Shown: piece after piece, positions 47,863 through 57,496 of the stretch | How positions within the stretch are numbered: position 1 is the first letter of the stretch | Layout: every line of letters starts with the position of its first letter | Source of the DNA: an uncultured Methanosarcinales archaeon | GTDB taxonomy: Archaea; Nanobdellota; Nanobdellia; Woesearchaeales; GW2011-AR9 | Length of the DNA: 64,000 bases | Assembly: GCA_964343575.1 (NCBI GenBank) | Contig: CAYFJV010000001.1 | Location: 472,705-536,704 of the forward strand | Reading direction: 5' to 3' | Notes under the pieces: model-generated | Databases searched by the model: none | What the model was told of the DNA's origin: nothing | What the model saw: only the letters and a program-made list of their open reading frames with translations | Made by a program: the position numbers and the translations under genes

Positions 47863-48231
47863 TCACCTTTTGCCCCTAGATGTTTTAGCTCCCTTTGCCT
47901 TCTGAGAGGTCTTCAGATTATAAAAATCTTCTGTGGCCCATATAAGATCTTGGTACTCCTTAAGAAGAATAGACTCTTTTTGTTTTGCCAAAGCAATACT
48001 TTCCTTACGCTGGCGTTCACTCTCTTTGAGCCGGTATAGGAGAAAATCAGAAAACTGTTGGTTAAAGAAAAAACCAATAACTATCCCAAGCCAACCTGTA
48101 ATGATGGAGAAGTATTTGTCTAAGTTAAGTTCCGGGTAGAAGATGCTCGCTAGGAAAGTGAGGAGGAGAAGCCCACAAAGAAAGAGCGTGAGTGTTCCTT
48201 GATAACGCAAGATGTGTTTAAGGATGGCCAT
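47863..48231 (-). CDS. 2-TM protein with coiled-coil tail
   Basis: Two hydrophobic segments then a charged helix. Confidence 0.6.
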   Translation of the reverse strand: MAILKHILRYQGTLTLFLCGLLLLTFLASIFYPELNLDKYFSIITGWLGIVIGFFFNQQFSDFLLYRLKESERQRKESIALAKQKESILLKEYQDLIWATEDFYNLKTSQKAKGAKTSRGKR

Positions 48232-48371
48232 GGCTTGTTTTTTACATTTTGAGATTATATGCTTTTGAGAAGCAAAACAGAGAGCTTTGGAAGTGAGGTT
48301 TAGAACTCTTGTTTTGGGAAATTTAGATTAGGAGCAGAAGGTTTTAAACTGAAAGGAGAATTTTGTTTGTC

Positions 48372-48644
48372 ATGGTAGAGTTTAGCTTAGCTAAGTGTAA
48401 AACAAAGGCAGCGTATTCAGCGAAGCTTCCACAGCCAAAGCAATTGGATCTTGGGGCTGTCAAGGGAAGTGGAAAGTTTAAGCTTGTTATGGAGACCAAA
48501 ATTCTTCTTGTCTTAGAGAGAGATGGGCTTGAGTTTATCTGCCACGGCTTTGGAGAGATTTTGTTTAAGAATTGTGATAATGAAAAAAAGATGAGAGAGA
48601 TTGCGCAGCAAGTGTATGCAATTGCTCTTCCCGTTCTCTCTTAA
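48372..48644 (+). CDS. hypothetical protein
   Basis: ORF with a TTTTAAA box upstream. Confidence 0.6.
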   Translation: MVEFSLAKCKTKAAYSAKLPQPKQLDLGAVKGSGKFKLVMETKILLVLERDGLEFICHGFGEILFKNCDNEKKMREIAQQVYAIALPVLS

Positions 48645-48675
48645 ATTTCTGCGAGTGCTTTATGTTGTTAGGAAA

Positions 48676-48751
48676 TGGCGCCCGGGGAGAGATTTGAACT
48701 CTCGACCTGACGGTTAACAGCCGTCCGCTCTAACCGCTAAGCCACCCGGGC
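48676..48751 (-). tRNA. tRNA-Asn(GTT), CCA encoded
   Basis: GCCCGGG/CCCGGGC acceptor, GACGG-CTGTTAA-CCGTC anticodon arm, GAGAG-TTCAAAT-CTCTC T arm. Confidence 0.97.
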
Positions 48752-48881
48752 ATTTGCTTCGTTTGAGTCCTAGGCCCTTTATAAAGATTTCTAGTGGAGT
48801 TGGATAGAATTGAAAAGCAGTATCTCGTGGACATATTCAAGTAAAGAAATGCTTATAAGAGCTGTTGGGAGTAGAAAGCGC

Positions 48882-49010
48882 ATGGGTGGTGAGATTAACT
48901 GGGCGCTTGTTGCTCTGGCAGGTTTAGTCATAAACTTCATTGGAGTTTTAGGAGCACTTTTCCTTACTCGCTTTTTGATCTGGGCCAGAGATAGATATTT
49001 TCGTTTATAA
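48882..49010 (+). CDS. possible single-TM microprotein
   Basis: MGGEINWALVALAGLVINFIGVLGALFL. Confidence 0.35.
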   Translation: MGGEINWALVALAGLVINFIGVLGALFLTRFLIWARDRYFRL

Positions 49011-49040
49011 TTGTGTGATGAGAAAAGAGTTGTGCTGCTT

Positions 49041-49352
49041 ATGGGAATCAAAAAAGGATCTAAAAAATTACTTCGCGGACTTGGTATAGTTAGCAGTAGA
49101 GTTCTTTTTGTTTGGTGGTTTACTGTCATTGTCACTGTTGATGTGCTCCTTTTGTTTTATCACATCCTTGTCTTTAATGGCATGTATCCCCCGATGGCGC
49201 TCTTTTTGTTGGAGCTGCTTTCCTTTATTCCCTTAACTTTACTTGCACTTTTAACCTTTGGAGGTAGAAATGACAGACTACGACATTCGTCTAGACGCTC
49301 CCGTGAGCGAAAAGATTATGCAGGACTTGAAGCTCGAACAAGGATTCACTAA
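49041..49352 (+). CDS. possible 2-TM protein
   Basis: Two hydrophobic segments; overlaps the next ORF. Confidence 0.4.
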   Translation: MGIKKGSKKLLRGLGIVSSRVLFVWWFTVIVTVDVLLLFYHILVFNGMYPPMALFLLELLSFIPLTLLALLTFGGRNDRLRHSSRRSRERKDYAGLEARTRIH

Positions 49353-49614
49353 CTTTGGTCTAAAGTTAGAATGGAATGGCAGCACCGTGCGGCTTACTAA
49401 TGTGAGTGAGTACAAAGAAATCCCAGGGATCTCACGAGCTTTTGATGCTAACGCAAAGTTTATTCTAGCTTTTTTGTGTGAGATGCACAGTAGCAACGGC
49501 AAGCTCTACCGTGGATCAAATGTGATTGATGCATATTATGGTAAAGATGAGCCAAGCTTAGCTGATGAGATATGGAATAGTTTAAAACGCTGGGTGGCTA
49601 TTGCGTTTAAATGA
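49270..49614 (+). CDS. hypothetical protein
   Basis: GGAGGT upstream; ATGA overlap with the next gene. Confidence 0.6.
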   Translation: MTDYDIRLDAPVSEKIMQDLKLEQGFTNFGLKLEWNGSTVRLTNVSEYKEIPGISRAFDANAKFILAFLCEMHSSNGKLYRGSNVIDAYYGKDEPSLADEIWNSLKRWVAIAFK

Positions 49615-50006
49615 AATATTTAATCGTTGAAGATAGTGAGAGGGACGCTGAGGGGATTAAAAGAGTCCTAGAAGGAAGATTTGGAGATGGACTTGATATT
49701 CGCGTTTGTCTTTTATCTGGCGAAGTTGATGAAGATCCCGTTGCTGTTGCCAAGAATTTTTCCCCAAACCTTATTCAATTAGATGGGCTTGACCGCTATG
49801 ATGGGGGTGGTCCACGTTGTTTTTCTCTTTACGATGCTTTGCGAAGGGAGCTTCCTGAAGTAGAATGTATCATCCATTCTTCAGATTACTCGGTTGAAGG
49901 AACTGCAGGAGAGAGAGAAATTACTTACATGGCCAAAGATTCTTCTGGGGTCGCCGCTCTTTGTTCTTATGTTCAGAGAGTTATGGATGAGGAGAGTAGA
50001 GAATAA
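49611..50006 (+). CDS. stand-alone response-regulator receiver (CheY-like) domain
   Basis: LIVEDS, LIQLDG, IIHSS, YMAK. Confidence 0.75.
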   Translation: MKYLIVEDSERDAEGIKRVLEGRFGDGLDIRVCLLSGEVDEDPVAVAKNFSPNLIQLDGLDRYDGGGPRCFSLYDALRRELPEVECIIHSSDYSVEGTAGEREITYMAKDSSGVAALCSYVQRVMDEESRE

Positions 50007-50008
50007 AG

Positions 50009-50434
50009 TTAGTCTAAACCAGTACTTCCAAAGCCACCAGTTCCTCGATCACTCTCTGACAATTCTGTTGCTTCAATGATCTCTGGTTGCTCTACTTTTT
50101 GAATAAGAATTTGAGCAATCTTTTTTCCTTGTTCAATGTGATAGGCTTCCTTTGAAAGATTGTGAATGATGATTTTTATTTCTCCGCGATAACCAGCATC
50201 AACAACGCCACCCATAGTTTTGAGTCCTGCCTTGAATGCAACACCTGATTTGTCCCAAACTAATGCGACATACCCTTGTGGAAGTTCGAAAGAAATCCCT
50301 GTTGAAATCCCTCTTCTCTCTCCAGGTTGAAGCGTGTAAGTTTCGTCAGCATAGATATCCATACCAGCATCACTTACTTTTGCGTAACGTGGAAGTTTTG
50401 CTGTTGAAGTTAATCGTTTTATTTTTATTTGCAT
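50009..50434 (-). CDS. dut: trimeric dUTPase
   Basis: DAGMD, KSG, GVVDAGYRGE, AQ, RGTGGFGSTG. Confidence 0.96.
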   Translation of the reverse strand: MQIKIKRLTSTAKLPRYAKVSDAGMDIYADETYTLQPGERRGISTGISFELPQGYVALVWDKSGVAFKAGLKTMGGVVDAGYRGEIKIIIHNLSKEAYHIEQGKKIAQILIQKVEQPEIIEATELSESDRGTGGFGSTGLD

Positions 50435-50456
50435 TTTTTTCTTACTTCTTTTGTTA

Positions 50457-51203
50457 TCAAAGTTTCCTACAAAACATCATAAAGCCAGTGTGCCCGACCA
50501 TGTTTGTTTCTGGACGCATAATGTGTCCTTCCATTTTCCAATTACGTTGGATGAGCTCAACTGTTTCTAGATACTTAAGTTTGCTTTCTTTGAGTTGATC
50601 ATAGAAATTTTTCATCTGCACTAAGTTTGGAAGATAGACAACAAGAAACCCTCCACGTTTAAGCGCAGTTTTTGCCTTTTCAAGCACTTCCCAAGGTCTT
50701 GGAAGATCAAGCGTAATAAGATCAAGATTTTTTTCAGAAAGCTCTTTTGCAATGTCACCGTATTTGGTTGTGAGGTTCGTTGCGCCAAAGAAGGCTTTGT
50801 TTTTTTCTACTACATCGAGATGTGCTCTATTAATTTCGTAGCAAGTGACTTTCTTACAAATGTGTGCTAAAGCAAGAGAGAGGGAAGCTGATCCACCACC
50901 AGCATCAACTACCATCGAATTTTTGTTAATCCCTGTTTTTGCTATGATAAGTCCTATATCTTTAGGAGTTACAATCTGTGGTGCACGCTTGAGTTTTTCC
51001 ATCAAATCTGGAAGTTGCGGATCTAAAAGGTAGAATTCTGTCTCCTTATCTGTTTTAACAATTTCTTGTTTTGATTGCAAGTCTTTAGCAGAGATAAGCC
51101 CTTCACTGGTGAGATACTCTTGACTTGTATCAGTTACGTAATACTTTTTTCTTTTTCCTTTAACTGAGATAAGTAGCTTTTGAACTGCAGTGTTCTTTTT
51201 CAT
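50457..51203 (-). CDS. trmI: tRNA m1A58 methyltransferase (TrmI/Gcd14)
   Basis: PQIVTPKD, VDAGGGS, LDLPRPW, RP...GHTGF. Confidence 0.9.
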   Translation of the reverse strand: MKKNTAVQKLLISVKGKRKKYYVTDTSQEYLTSEGLISAKDLQSKQEIVKTDKETEFYLLDPQLPDLMEKLKRAPQIVTPKDIGLIIAKTGINKNSMVVDAGGGSASLSLALAHICKKVTCYEINRAHLDVVEKNKAFFGATNLTTKYGDIAKELSEKNLDLITLDLPRPWEVLEKAKTALKRGGFLVVYLPNLVQMKNFYDQLKESKLKYLETVELIQRNWKMEGHIMRPETNMVGHTGFMMFCRKL

Positions 51204-51272
51204 GTGTTCGTGAATGAAGAGTTTACTTTAAAACCTTTTCTTAAAAGATAAGCAAGAGAAGAGGGAGAAGAA

Positions 51273-51737
51273 TCAGGAGACTAAATCTTCGTTTCTGGGA
51301 GATGGCAAGAAAGCGTAAGGGCTTTTTGCTTGTGAAGGACCAGGTCTTTCTACTCTTGTTCCTCCTGGAACCCTTAGTAAATACCTCACTGAATCTGGCC
51401 CGGGACAGTGAGGAGAATCCGAAGAAAAAACGTAGCGATCAAAGCTAAATTCTCTTGTAGTTCCTCCATAAACTGGAGCTGCTGTCAGTTCTACATGGAA
51501 TGATTCATTTCCTTGGTCTAGTTCTAAAACTTTCATGCGAAGACCAGGTTGACAACTGCCATCAACTCCAAGAAGAAGCTCAATATATTCTCTGCCAGCA
51601 GAGATCTCTCCCGAGTCCTCTACTCTGTGATGAGTCAGATCTTGGAAAGTGGGAGACCAAAGAAGACCAGGTAATGTAGGAGATGAAGGCCTTCTTGTTT
51701 GTGTGATATATCCATCATTATGAAGCATGCTTGGCAA
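51273..51737 (-). CDS. hypothetical protein
   Basis: ORF only; start uncertain. Confidence 0.45.
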   Translation of the reverse strand: MPSMLHNDGYITQTRRPSSPTLPGLLWSPTFQDLTHHRVEDSGEISAGREYIELLLGVDGSCQPGLRMKVLELDQGNESFHVELTAAPVYGGTTREFSFDRYVFSSDSPHCPGPDSVRYLLRVPGGTRVERPGPSQAKSPYAFLPSPRNEDLVS

Positions 51738-51843
51738 AGCATTGCCTCTCTTTAAGAAGCTTACGCTATTGCTTTGTCAAAAGAAGAAGGACTTAGAAAA
51801 GAAAAGAGGAAAAATAAAGAAAAAAGAGAAAAAGAAGAGAAAG

Positions 51844-53313
51844 TTATCTTCTATTTCCTAACTTCAAGCCCAGGATGATAAGCAATACAACTGCTAGAGC
51901 AACTAATCCAATTAAGACAAGGATAAGCGCTGTTGCAACTTCTTGACCAGAGTACTTCTTCTCTACAGTTTCTACTGTGCTTTCATCTGCTTCTGCAGAA
52001 GTTTCTTCAGTAGTACTTTCGGTTGTCGTATCATCAACATCGTCGTCGCTTCCAGTTCCTAGAGTAATCACTTCCACACTGGTATCACTCTCGGTATCGT
52101 CAGCATCACTTGAAGAACTTGCTGAAGCGCAAGAGCTCACAGTAAGATCTACAAATTCTCGATCTCCAAGAATATCTTCTTCATAGTAGGCGCTTACTTC
52201 AATCTCGTAATCCCCTGCGTCAATGTCTTCAGGAACATTTACCAAAAAACTTGTTCTGACATTGTCATCATCTCTGTCTCCGCCCTCACCAAGTGAAGTT
52301 TGGAAGTTGTCATTAAGGTCAAGCTCTGAACCAAAGACAGTAACGATTACGTCATCTTGTTCATCTGAACCATAGTTTCTTACCTCAACGGTAAGTGTAG
52401 AACTTTGGCCACAGGCAAGAGAGCTAGGGCTAAGAGTTACTTCATCGATTCGAAGGTCTTCTCGTTCCCTTTCAATTTCTAGTTGAGCAACCCATTCGTA
52501 GATGTGCTTCCCGCCGTTCTCATCTTCTGCTTCAATGCGAATGTCCATCTCGTAATCTTGCTCATCTGCATCGACTGGCACAGTAAAGGAAAGTACACGA
52601 TCTCCCCTATCGCCCTTATCAGTATCGTCCCCGCCTTCTAAGACAAAGCTAGTACTTTCATCTACATCATCACCAAAGTCGTTGTCATCAAGCTCAAGCT
52701 CGACTTCAATCTCTAGATCTGCATGATCGTAATCATTGTCAAAACGGTTAGTCATATCAAAAGAGATTTCAATAAGATCTCCTGGAGCTGCCTTAAAATC
52801 ATCATCTCCATCGTTACTATCGCCTTCATCCATCTCTCCTTCTTCATTTCCATTGACGAAGAAAAAGATGCTTTCAAGATCAATCATGTTTTGTACATCT
52901 GCGTTAAGATCAAAGGAAGTGGTTCCTGTAGAACTTGCAATATCTAAAGTGAAAACACCAGTGTGATTTCCACTATCAATGTCCTGATCCTCAACTTCTA
53001 CCTCAATCTCAATGTCGATTGTCGCAGTAGTTCCTGCTACAAGGGTGAAAGCATCACTTCCACTTGCTAAATCCACAGTGTACTCACTCTCTTCCCCAGA
53101 AATGGTCAGAGTGAGGTCTTCATCAATAGTACCAGTGTTTTCTAAGGTAAGGCTATGGGTGAAGCTAAGACTTTCATCATTATCTTCTAAATCAGCAAAG
53201 TCTACTTCAAAAGTAAGATGTTCTTCATTAGTTACAGTAATATCAGCAAAAGCACTGCTTGCTAAAAGAAGCACTGTAAGCAAAGAAATAATCAAAAATA
53301 GTTTTGTTTTCAT
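51844..53313 (-). CDS. acidic S-layer-like protein with Ig/CARDB-like domains and C-terminal TM
   Basis: Signal peptide, VRNYGSDE, VPEDIDAGDY, Ser/Thr linker, TM. Confidence 0.8.
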   Translation of the reverse strand: MKTKLFLIISLLTVLLLASSAFADITVTNEEHLTFEVDFADLEDNDESLSFTHSLTLENTGTIDEDLTLTISGEESEYTVDLASGSDAFTLVAGTTATIDIEIEVEVEDQDIDSGNHTGVFTLDIASSTGTTSFDLNADVQNMIDLESIFFFVNGNEEGEMDEGDSNDGDDDFKAAPGDLIEISFDMTNRFDNDYDHADLEIEVELELDDNDFGDDVDESTSFVLEGGDDTDKGDRGDRVLSFTVPVDADEQDYEMDIRIEAEDENGGKHIYEWVAQLEIEREREDLRIDEVTLSPSSLACGQSSTLTVEVRNYGSDEQDDVIVTVFGSELDLNDNFQTSLGEGGDRDDDNVRTSFLVNVPEDIDAGDYEIEVSAYYEEDILGDREFVDLTVSSCASASSSSDADDTESDTSVEVITLGTGSDDDVDDTTTESTTEETSAEADESTVETVEKKYSGQEVATALILVLIGLVALAVVLLIILGLKLGNRR

Positions 53314-53381
53314 GGTAAAATCTCCCTCCATTAGTTTAAGGAGTTCTTGTTTCACTCAAAAGAGAAGTTGATTTTTAAAAG

Positions 53382-54140
53382 TTAGGGAAGAAAAGGTAGA
53401 GAAACTTTTCCTTTTAAAGAAGAGAGACCCACTCTTTTAAGAAAAATACTTTGCTCTTCTAGAACACCAAAACGAGTTACTTCCGTTTGTAGAAAGGTTA
53501 ATCTTGACTCTTTTGGAGTAATTCCTTTCTCCCAAAGCCGCAAAAGTAAAGGATTTGGCATTCCTTCCTCAAAGTCTTCTTGAAGGTCCCTTTGATCATC
53601 TCCAAAATCTCTCTGAACTTGGGCAAGGTAAAGGGTTTCATAAAGATGATTTGGAAACTTACAAAAAAAAGAAAGAATTTGAATGTACAAAAAAACGTCT
53701 GTTGATTGAAGAAGTGTGTATTCTTCAACTTCTTGGAAGGTAACTTGCTTCACAAACATCTTTTTTGCTAGCTCTCTTTCAAGATCCCAGAAGTAGAAAA
53801 GGTTTTTCTCGAGGGATAAGAGTTCTTCTCTTTGATTTTTTTTGAGTTGAAACAAAAGTTCATTATGGAACTGATCTGCCAAATTCTTGTTTTCTACACC
53901 TTTCCCTTCATGATAAAAGTCAAGGTAGAGGATATATTTTGCTTCTAGAAGAACCAATTGATATATCTTTCCAGCGAGAGTATCATCTCCAGTTACTTCT
54001 TGAGCAAGGACAAAGAAAAGAGGAAGCCCCATAGTCTCAATGGCTTTGTATTCAATTGGATCTTGACAGTCTTGAAGCATTCTTTGCTTAGAGTTCTCCA
54101 CCTTGTATAGAAAATCCTGTGAGTGTATGTTTAGAGCCAC
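53382..54140 (-). CDS. possible class I isoprenoid-synthase-fold protein
   Basis: Helical-looking; DDQRDLQED...GMPN Asp-rich motif. Confidence 0.4.
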   Translation of the reverse strand: MALNIHSQDFLYKVENSKQRMLQDCQDPIEYKAIETMGLPLFFVLAQEVTGDDTLAGKIYQLVLLEAKYILYLDFYHEGKGVENKNLADQFHNELLFQLKKNQREELLSLEKNLFYFWDLERELAKKMFVKQVTFQEVEEYTLLQSTDVFLYIQILSFFCKFPNHLYETLYLAQVQRDFGDDQRDLQEDFEEGMPNPLLLRLWEKGITPKESRLTFLQTEVTRFGVLEEQSIFLKRVGLSSLKGKVSLPFLP

Positions 54141-54201
54141 TTTGCCAATAAGGAAGGTAAGAGGAAAATAAAAAGATAATGAAAAAGAAAAAAGTTGTCA
54201 C

Positions 54202-54777
54202 CTACTTGTGACCAACATAGAAGAACTTCTCAATGGAGACGTCTTCATCATTATATCCTCCAGATCGTGGATGTTCTGCCTTTGCAGGACCGCCACCATT
54301 GTTTTGACTTCCTTGCGGAGCGCTTGGTGCGGGGTTTGTTTGTCTAGGGACTGCCGCACTTTGTTGTTGGCTTGCTGCAGGTCTAGAAGGAACTTCTCGT
54401 TTCAGATCAATCATCTCTCTTCTTAGTGAAGAAAGTTTAGATTCCATTGCTTCCATTTGTTCTTGAAAACTCTTGATCTGCTTTACTAAGAAGTCAGTGT
54501 TTTGTTTAAGGATTCTCTCAACTTCTCTTGGAAAACCACTGCTCGTGCTTGCTTGTTGGGAGCTTTGCTGTGCTGCAACTTGAGATCCTGAAGAACCGTC
54601 GGGATTTACCTGCAAAGAGTTGCTTGCCATCTGATTGCTTTGCAAACTACTTCCTCCCTCTTGCACTTTGAAAATTTTTTCTGCTTGGGCAATTGCTTCA
54701 TCACGATTACTCGCCAATCCTTGCTGCATCAACTCAACAGCAAGTTTGTTAATTTTTTGAATTCGCTCTATGTCCAT
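54202..54777 (-). CDS. hypothetical coiled-coil/low-complexity protein
   Basis: ORF ending HPRSGGY...VSIEKFFY. Confidence 0.7.
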   Translation of the reverse strand: MDIERIQKINKLAVELMQQGLASNRDEAIAQAEKIFKVQEGGSSLQSNQMASNSLQVNPDGSSGSQVAAQQSSQQASTSSGFPREVERILKQNTDFLVKQIKSFQEQMEAMESKLSSLRREMIDLKREVPSRPAASQQQSAAVPRQTNPAPSAPQGSQNNGGGPAKAEHPRSGGYNDEDVSIEKFFYVGHK

Positions 54778-54973
54778 CTTTCTCTTGCACCTCTTTATTC
54801 ATTCTGAAAAGAATGATCGTTTGCTTAGAAAGAAGTTAAAATGCTTTTCGATACTGAACAATCAATAAGATCGTCTAAAGACCAGAAAAAACTTTTGCTT
54901 ATGAAGAAAAGAGACTAAGAAAAGAAGTGTAAAAGAAATGAAGGAAGACTAAGTGATAAGGACTAATCCAAAA

Positions 54974-55138
54974 CTAAGCTGCTGCAGCGCAAGTTAGCAA
55001 AGGGAGTTTCACACCAATCACACCAGCATTCATAAGTGCAACCAAAATAAAGGCAGCGATAAGACCAATCACGAGACCCATCATAAAATACTTGAACTCA
55101 ATAACACCTAACTGCCCTTTTTTACTTCTAAATATCAT
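54974..55138 (-). CDS. small class III signal-peptide (pilin-like) protein
   Basis: SKKG/Q followed by a long hydrophobic helix. Confidence 0.6.
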   Translation of the reverse strand: MIFRSKKGQLGVIEFKYFMMGLVIGLIAAFILVALMNAGVIGVKLPLLTCAAAA

Positions 55139-55323
55139 AAGAAAAACCAATTTTTTTGCGTATTTAAAGCTTTCTTTTAGTCCTTTTGGAACCCACATCA
55201 GATCCTAGAGGTCCAAAAAAACCCAATTCATTTGCGAAAGATTTATAAATAAACTGCGTTGAAAGTATATAAAACTAACTATAAACAAATCAAATTTATC
55301 AATTCTCCAGGAGGCGATTCTTG

Positions 55324-56253
55324 ATGCAAATACTCAAAAGCAAGGTAAAAAACTGCCCGGAATGTGGAAGTAAGGACGTGTACAACAACAGTGAGCGTGG
55401 TGAAACCATTTGTAGGACCTGTGGTACCGTTATTGAAGATCGTATGATTGATTTCTCCCAAGAATGGAGAACTTTTGAAGATGATGGGGGCGCAGGAGCT
55501 TCCAAACGAAGAACTGGGGCGCCAACTTCTCAGACCTCTTTTGATCAAGGTTTAGGCACTGAGATTGGGAGCACTTCTGATTACTATAAACTAGGAAAAG
55601 ATAAGGATAAGTTCTTTCGATTACGAAAATGGCAATACAGAATTAGCACTGCAATTGAGCGAAACTTGAAGGTAGCTCTTGCCGAGCTTAAGCGAGTAAG
55701 TTCTTACTTGAAGCTGCCTCGTCAAGTAGAAGAGGAAGCTGCCCGTATTTATCGTCTTGCTGTACAAAAAGGTCTTGTTCGTGGTCGAAGTATGGAGTCT
55801 GTGGTTGCAGGAGCTCTTTACGCAGCTTGTCGGCGTCACGAAGTTCCTCGAACACTTGATGAGATGGGAGAAGCTTCAGGTATTGAGAAAAAAGAGATTG
55901 GTCGAACTTACCGATTCATTACTCGTGAACTTGAGATCAACATTCGTCCAAGTAATCCTAGCGATTATATCCCACGGTTCGCTTCTGCACTGAAGCTGAG
56001 CCCAGAGACGCAAAGTAAATCCGTTGAGATCTTAGAGATGGCTCGAAAAATTGAGCTGACTTCTGGTCGAGGGCCTACGGGGATTGCAGCTGCTGCACTT
56101 TATGTGGCAAGTTTGATCCATGGTGAGAAACGAACTCAGCGTGAAGTGGCTGATGTTGCTGGAGTTACCGAAGTTACTATTCGTAACAGGTACAAAGAAC
56201 TCATTAAGAAGTTGAAGCTGACTAAGGAAGTTGAGAAACACAAGAAAAAGTAA
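55324..56253 (+). CDS. tfb: transcription initiation factor IIB
   Basis: CPECG...CRTCG zinc ribbon, EWRTF, two cyclin repeats, VTEVTIRNRY. Confidence 0.97.
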   Translation: MQILKSKVKNCPECGSKDVYNNSERGETICRTCGTVIEDRMIDFSQEWRTFEDDGGAGASKRRTGAPTSQTSFDQGLGTEIGSTSDYYKLGKDKDKFFRLRKWQYRISTAIERNLKVALAELKRVSSYLKLPRQVEEEAARIYRLAVQKGLVRGRSMESVVAGALYAACRRHEVPRTLDEMGEASGIEKKEIGRTYRFITRELEINIRPSNPSDYIPRFASALKLSPETQSKSVEILEMARKIELTSGRGPTGIAAAALYVASLIHGEKRTQREVADVAGVTEVTIRNRYKELIKKLKLTKEVEKHKKK

Positions 56254-56307
56254 GGCTTTGTTTTTCTAATTTTATTTCTTTAAATTTTTCATTATGGTGA
56301 ATAAAAA

Positions 56308-57378
56308 ATGCAAATTACTCCCGAGATAAAGGCGCAGCTTGCTGAGCAAAAAAAACAGTGTATCTTCTGTAAATTGATTGCTGGAGAGATGCCAGCTAAA
56401 ACGGTTTTTGAAGATGATAAATGCATTGCTATGCTTGATATTTATCCTGCAATGAAAGGGCACACTTTGTTTATGCTCAAAGAACATTATCCTCTGCCAG
56501 CTTATGTTTCTGGTGAAGAATTTAGACATAAGTTCTCTCTGATTCCTGACTTGGTTGCGGCTCTTAAGAGCGCAGTTGTGCGCACCGGAGCAAATGTTTT
56601 TGTTGCTATGGGTGGTGTTGCGGGGCAACAAGCACCCCATTTTTTAGTACATCTGTTCCCTCGTGAAGTTGGAGATGGTTGGTTTAAGTACTTGTTTGAT
56701 CGAAACAAAGAAGGCTTGGATGAAAAGGGAAAGAGCATGCTTGCAAATAACATGCCCATTATGATGAATAATCATTTTGGAAGAAATCCTGCTGCTTGGC
56801 ATGTGGGTAAAGGCGATGTTCCTGCACACCTTGTAGCTGTGTATGAGCGTGACTTTGTCATTTACGAAGATGAGAAGGTACTTTGTGTTGCTCCTGAAAC
56901 AAGTGTTGCTAAAGGACACTTGGTTGTCTATAGTAAAGAAGAGGGGAAAGATGTAGAAAAGTTGAGTCAAGAAAGTAGCAGCCATTTCTTTTTTACAGGC
57001 TCCTTTGCTTCTACTGCAGTATTTGAAGGACTTGGCGCGCAAGGAACAAACATTATTCTGAAAAGTGGGGTTGCTGATGATAACCCAACTGGTCGCTTAG
57101 CTATGCATGTGATTCCTCGTTGGCAAAATGATGGGATTGATCTGCTTTGGCAGCCTTCACAGCCAAGTTATGATTTGGATTCGCTTGCTTCTAAAATAAA
57201 GGATGCAAGCTGGAAGGTGAAGTATGGCGGTACTTCTAAAGCTGAAGAAAAGAAAAAAGTAATCCCTGCCTTAGAGAAGAAAGTAGAGCGCATTGGCGGA
57301 GGTGTTGATGTAGGGAGTTCTAAGGGTAAGCATCGTGAAGAAATTTTGGCTGCGATGAAAAAGATTCGTGGTGCTTGA
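56308..57378 (+). CDS. tandem double HIT-fold protein with degenerate triads
   Basis: CIFCKLI...GQQAPHFLVHLFPR; second unit IYEDE...GTNI...RLAMHVIPR. Confidence 0.85.
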   Translation: MQITPEIKAQLAEQKKQCIFCKLIAGEMPAKTVFEDDKCIAMLDIYPAMKGHTLFMLKEHYPLPAYVSGEEFRHKFSLIPDLVAALKSAVVRTGANVFVAMGGVAGQQAPHFLVHLFPREVGDGWFKYLFDRNKEGLDEKGKSMLANNMPIMMNNHFGRNPAAWHVGKGDVPAHLVAVYERDFVIYEDEKVLCVAPETSVAKGHLVVYSKEEGKDVEKLSQESSSHFFFTGSFASTAVFEGLGAQGTNIILKSGVADDNPTGRLAMHVIPRWQNDGIDLLWQPSQPSYDLDSLASKIKDASWKVKYGGTSKAEEKKKVIPALEKKVERIGGGVDVGSSKGKHREEILAAMKKIRGA

Positions 57379-57496
57379 GTATTTTCTTTTGCTCGTTTTT
57401 GGTGATTTGAGAAACGATAAGGTTTTATAGGCTGGTTTCTTTCTTTGAGCTAAGTTTTATTTTATGTAGGTTTATTGTTAAAGAGGTGAATGATTA

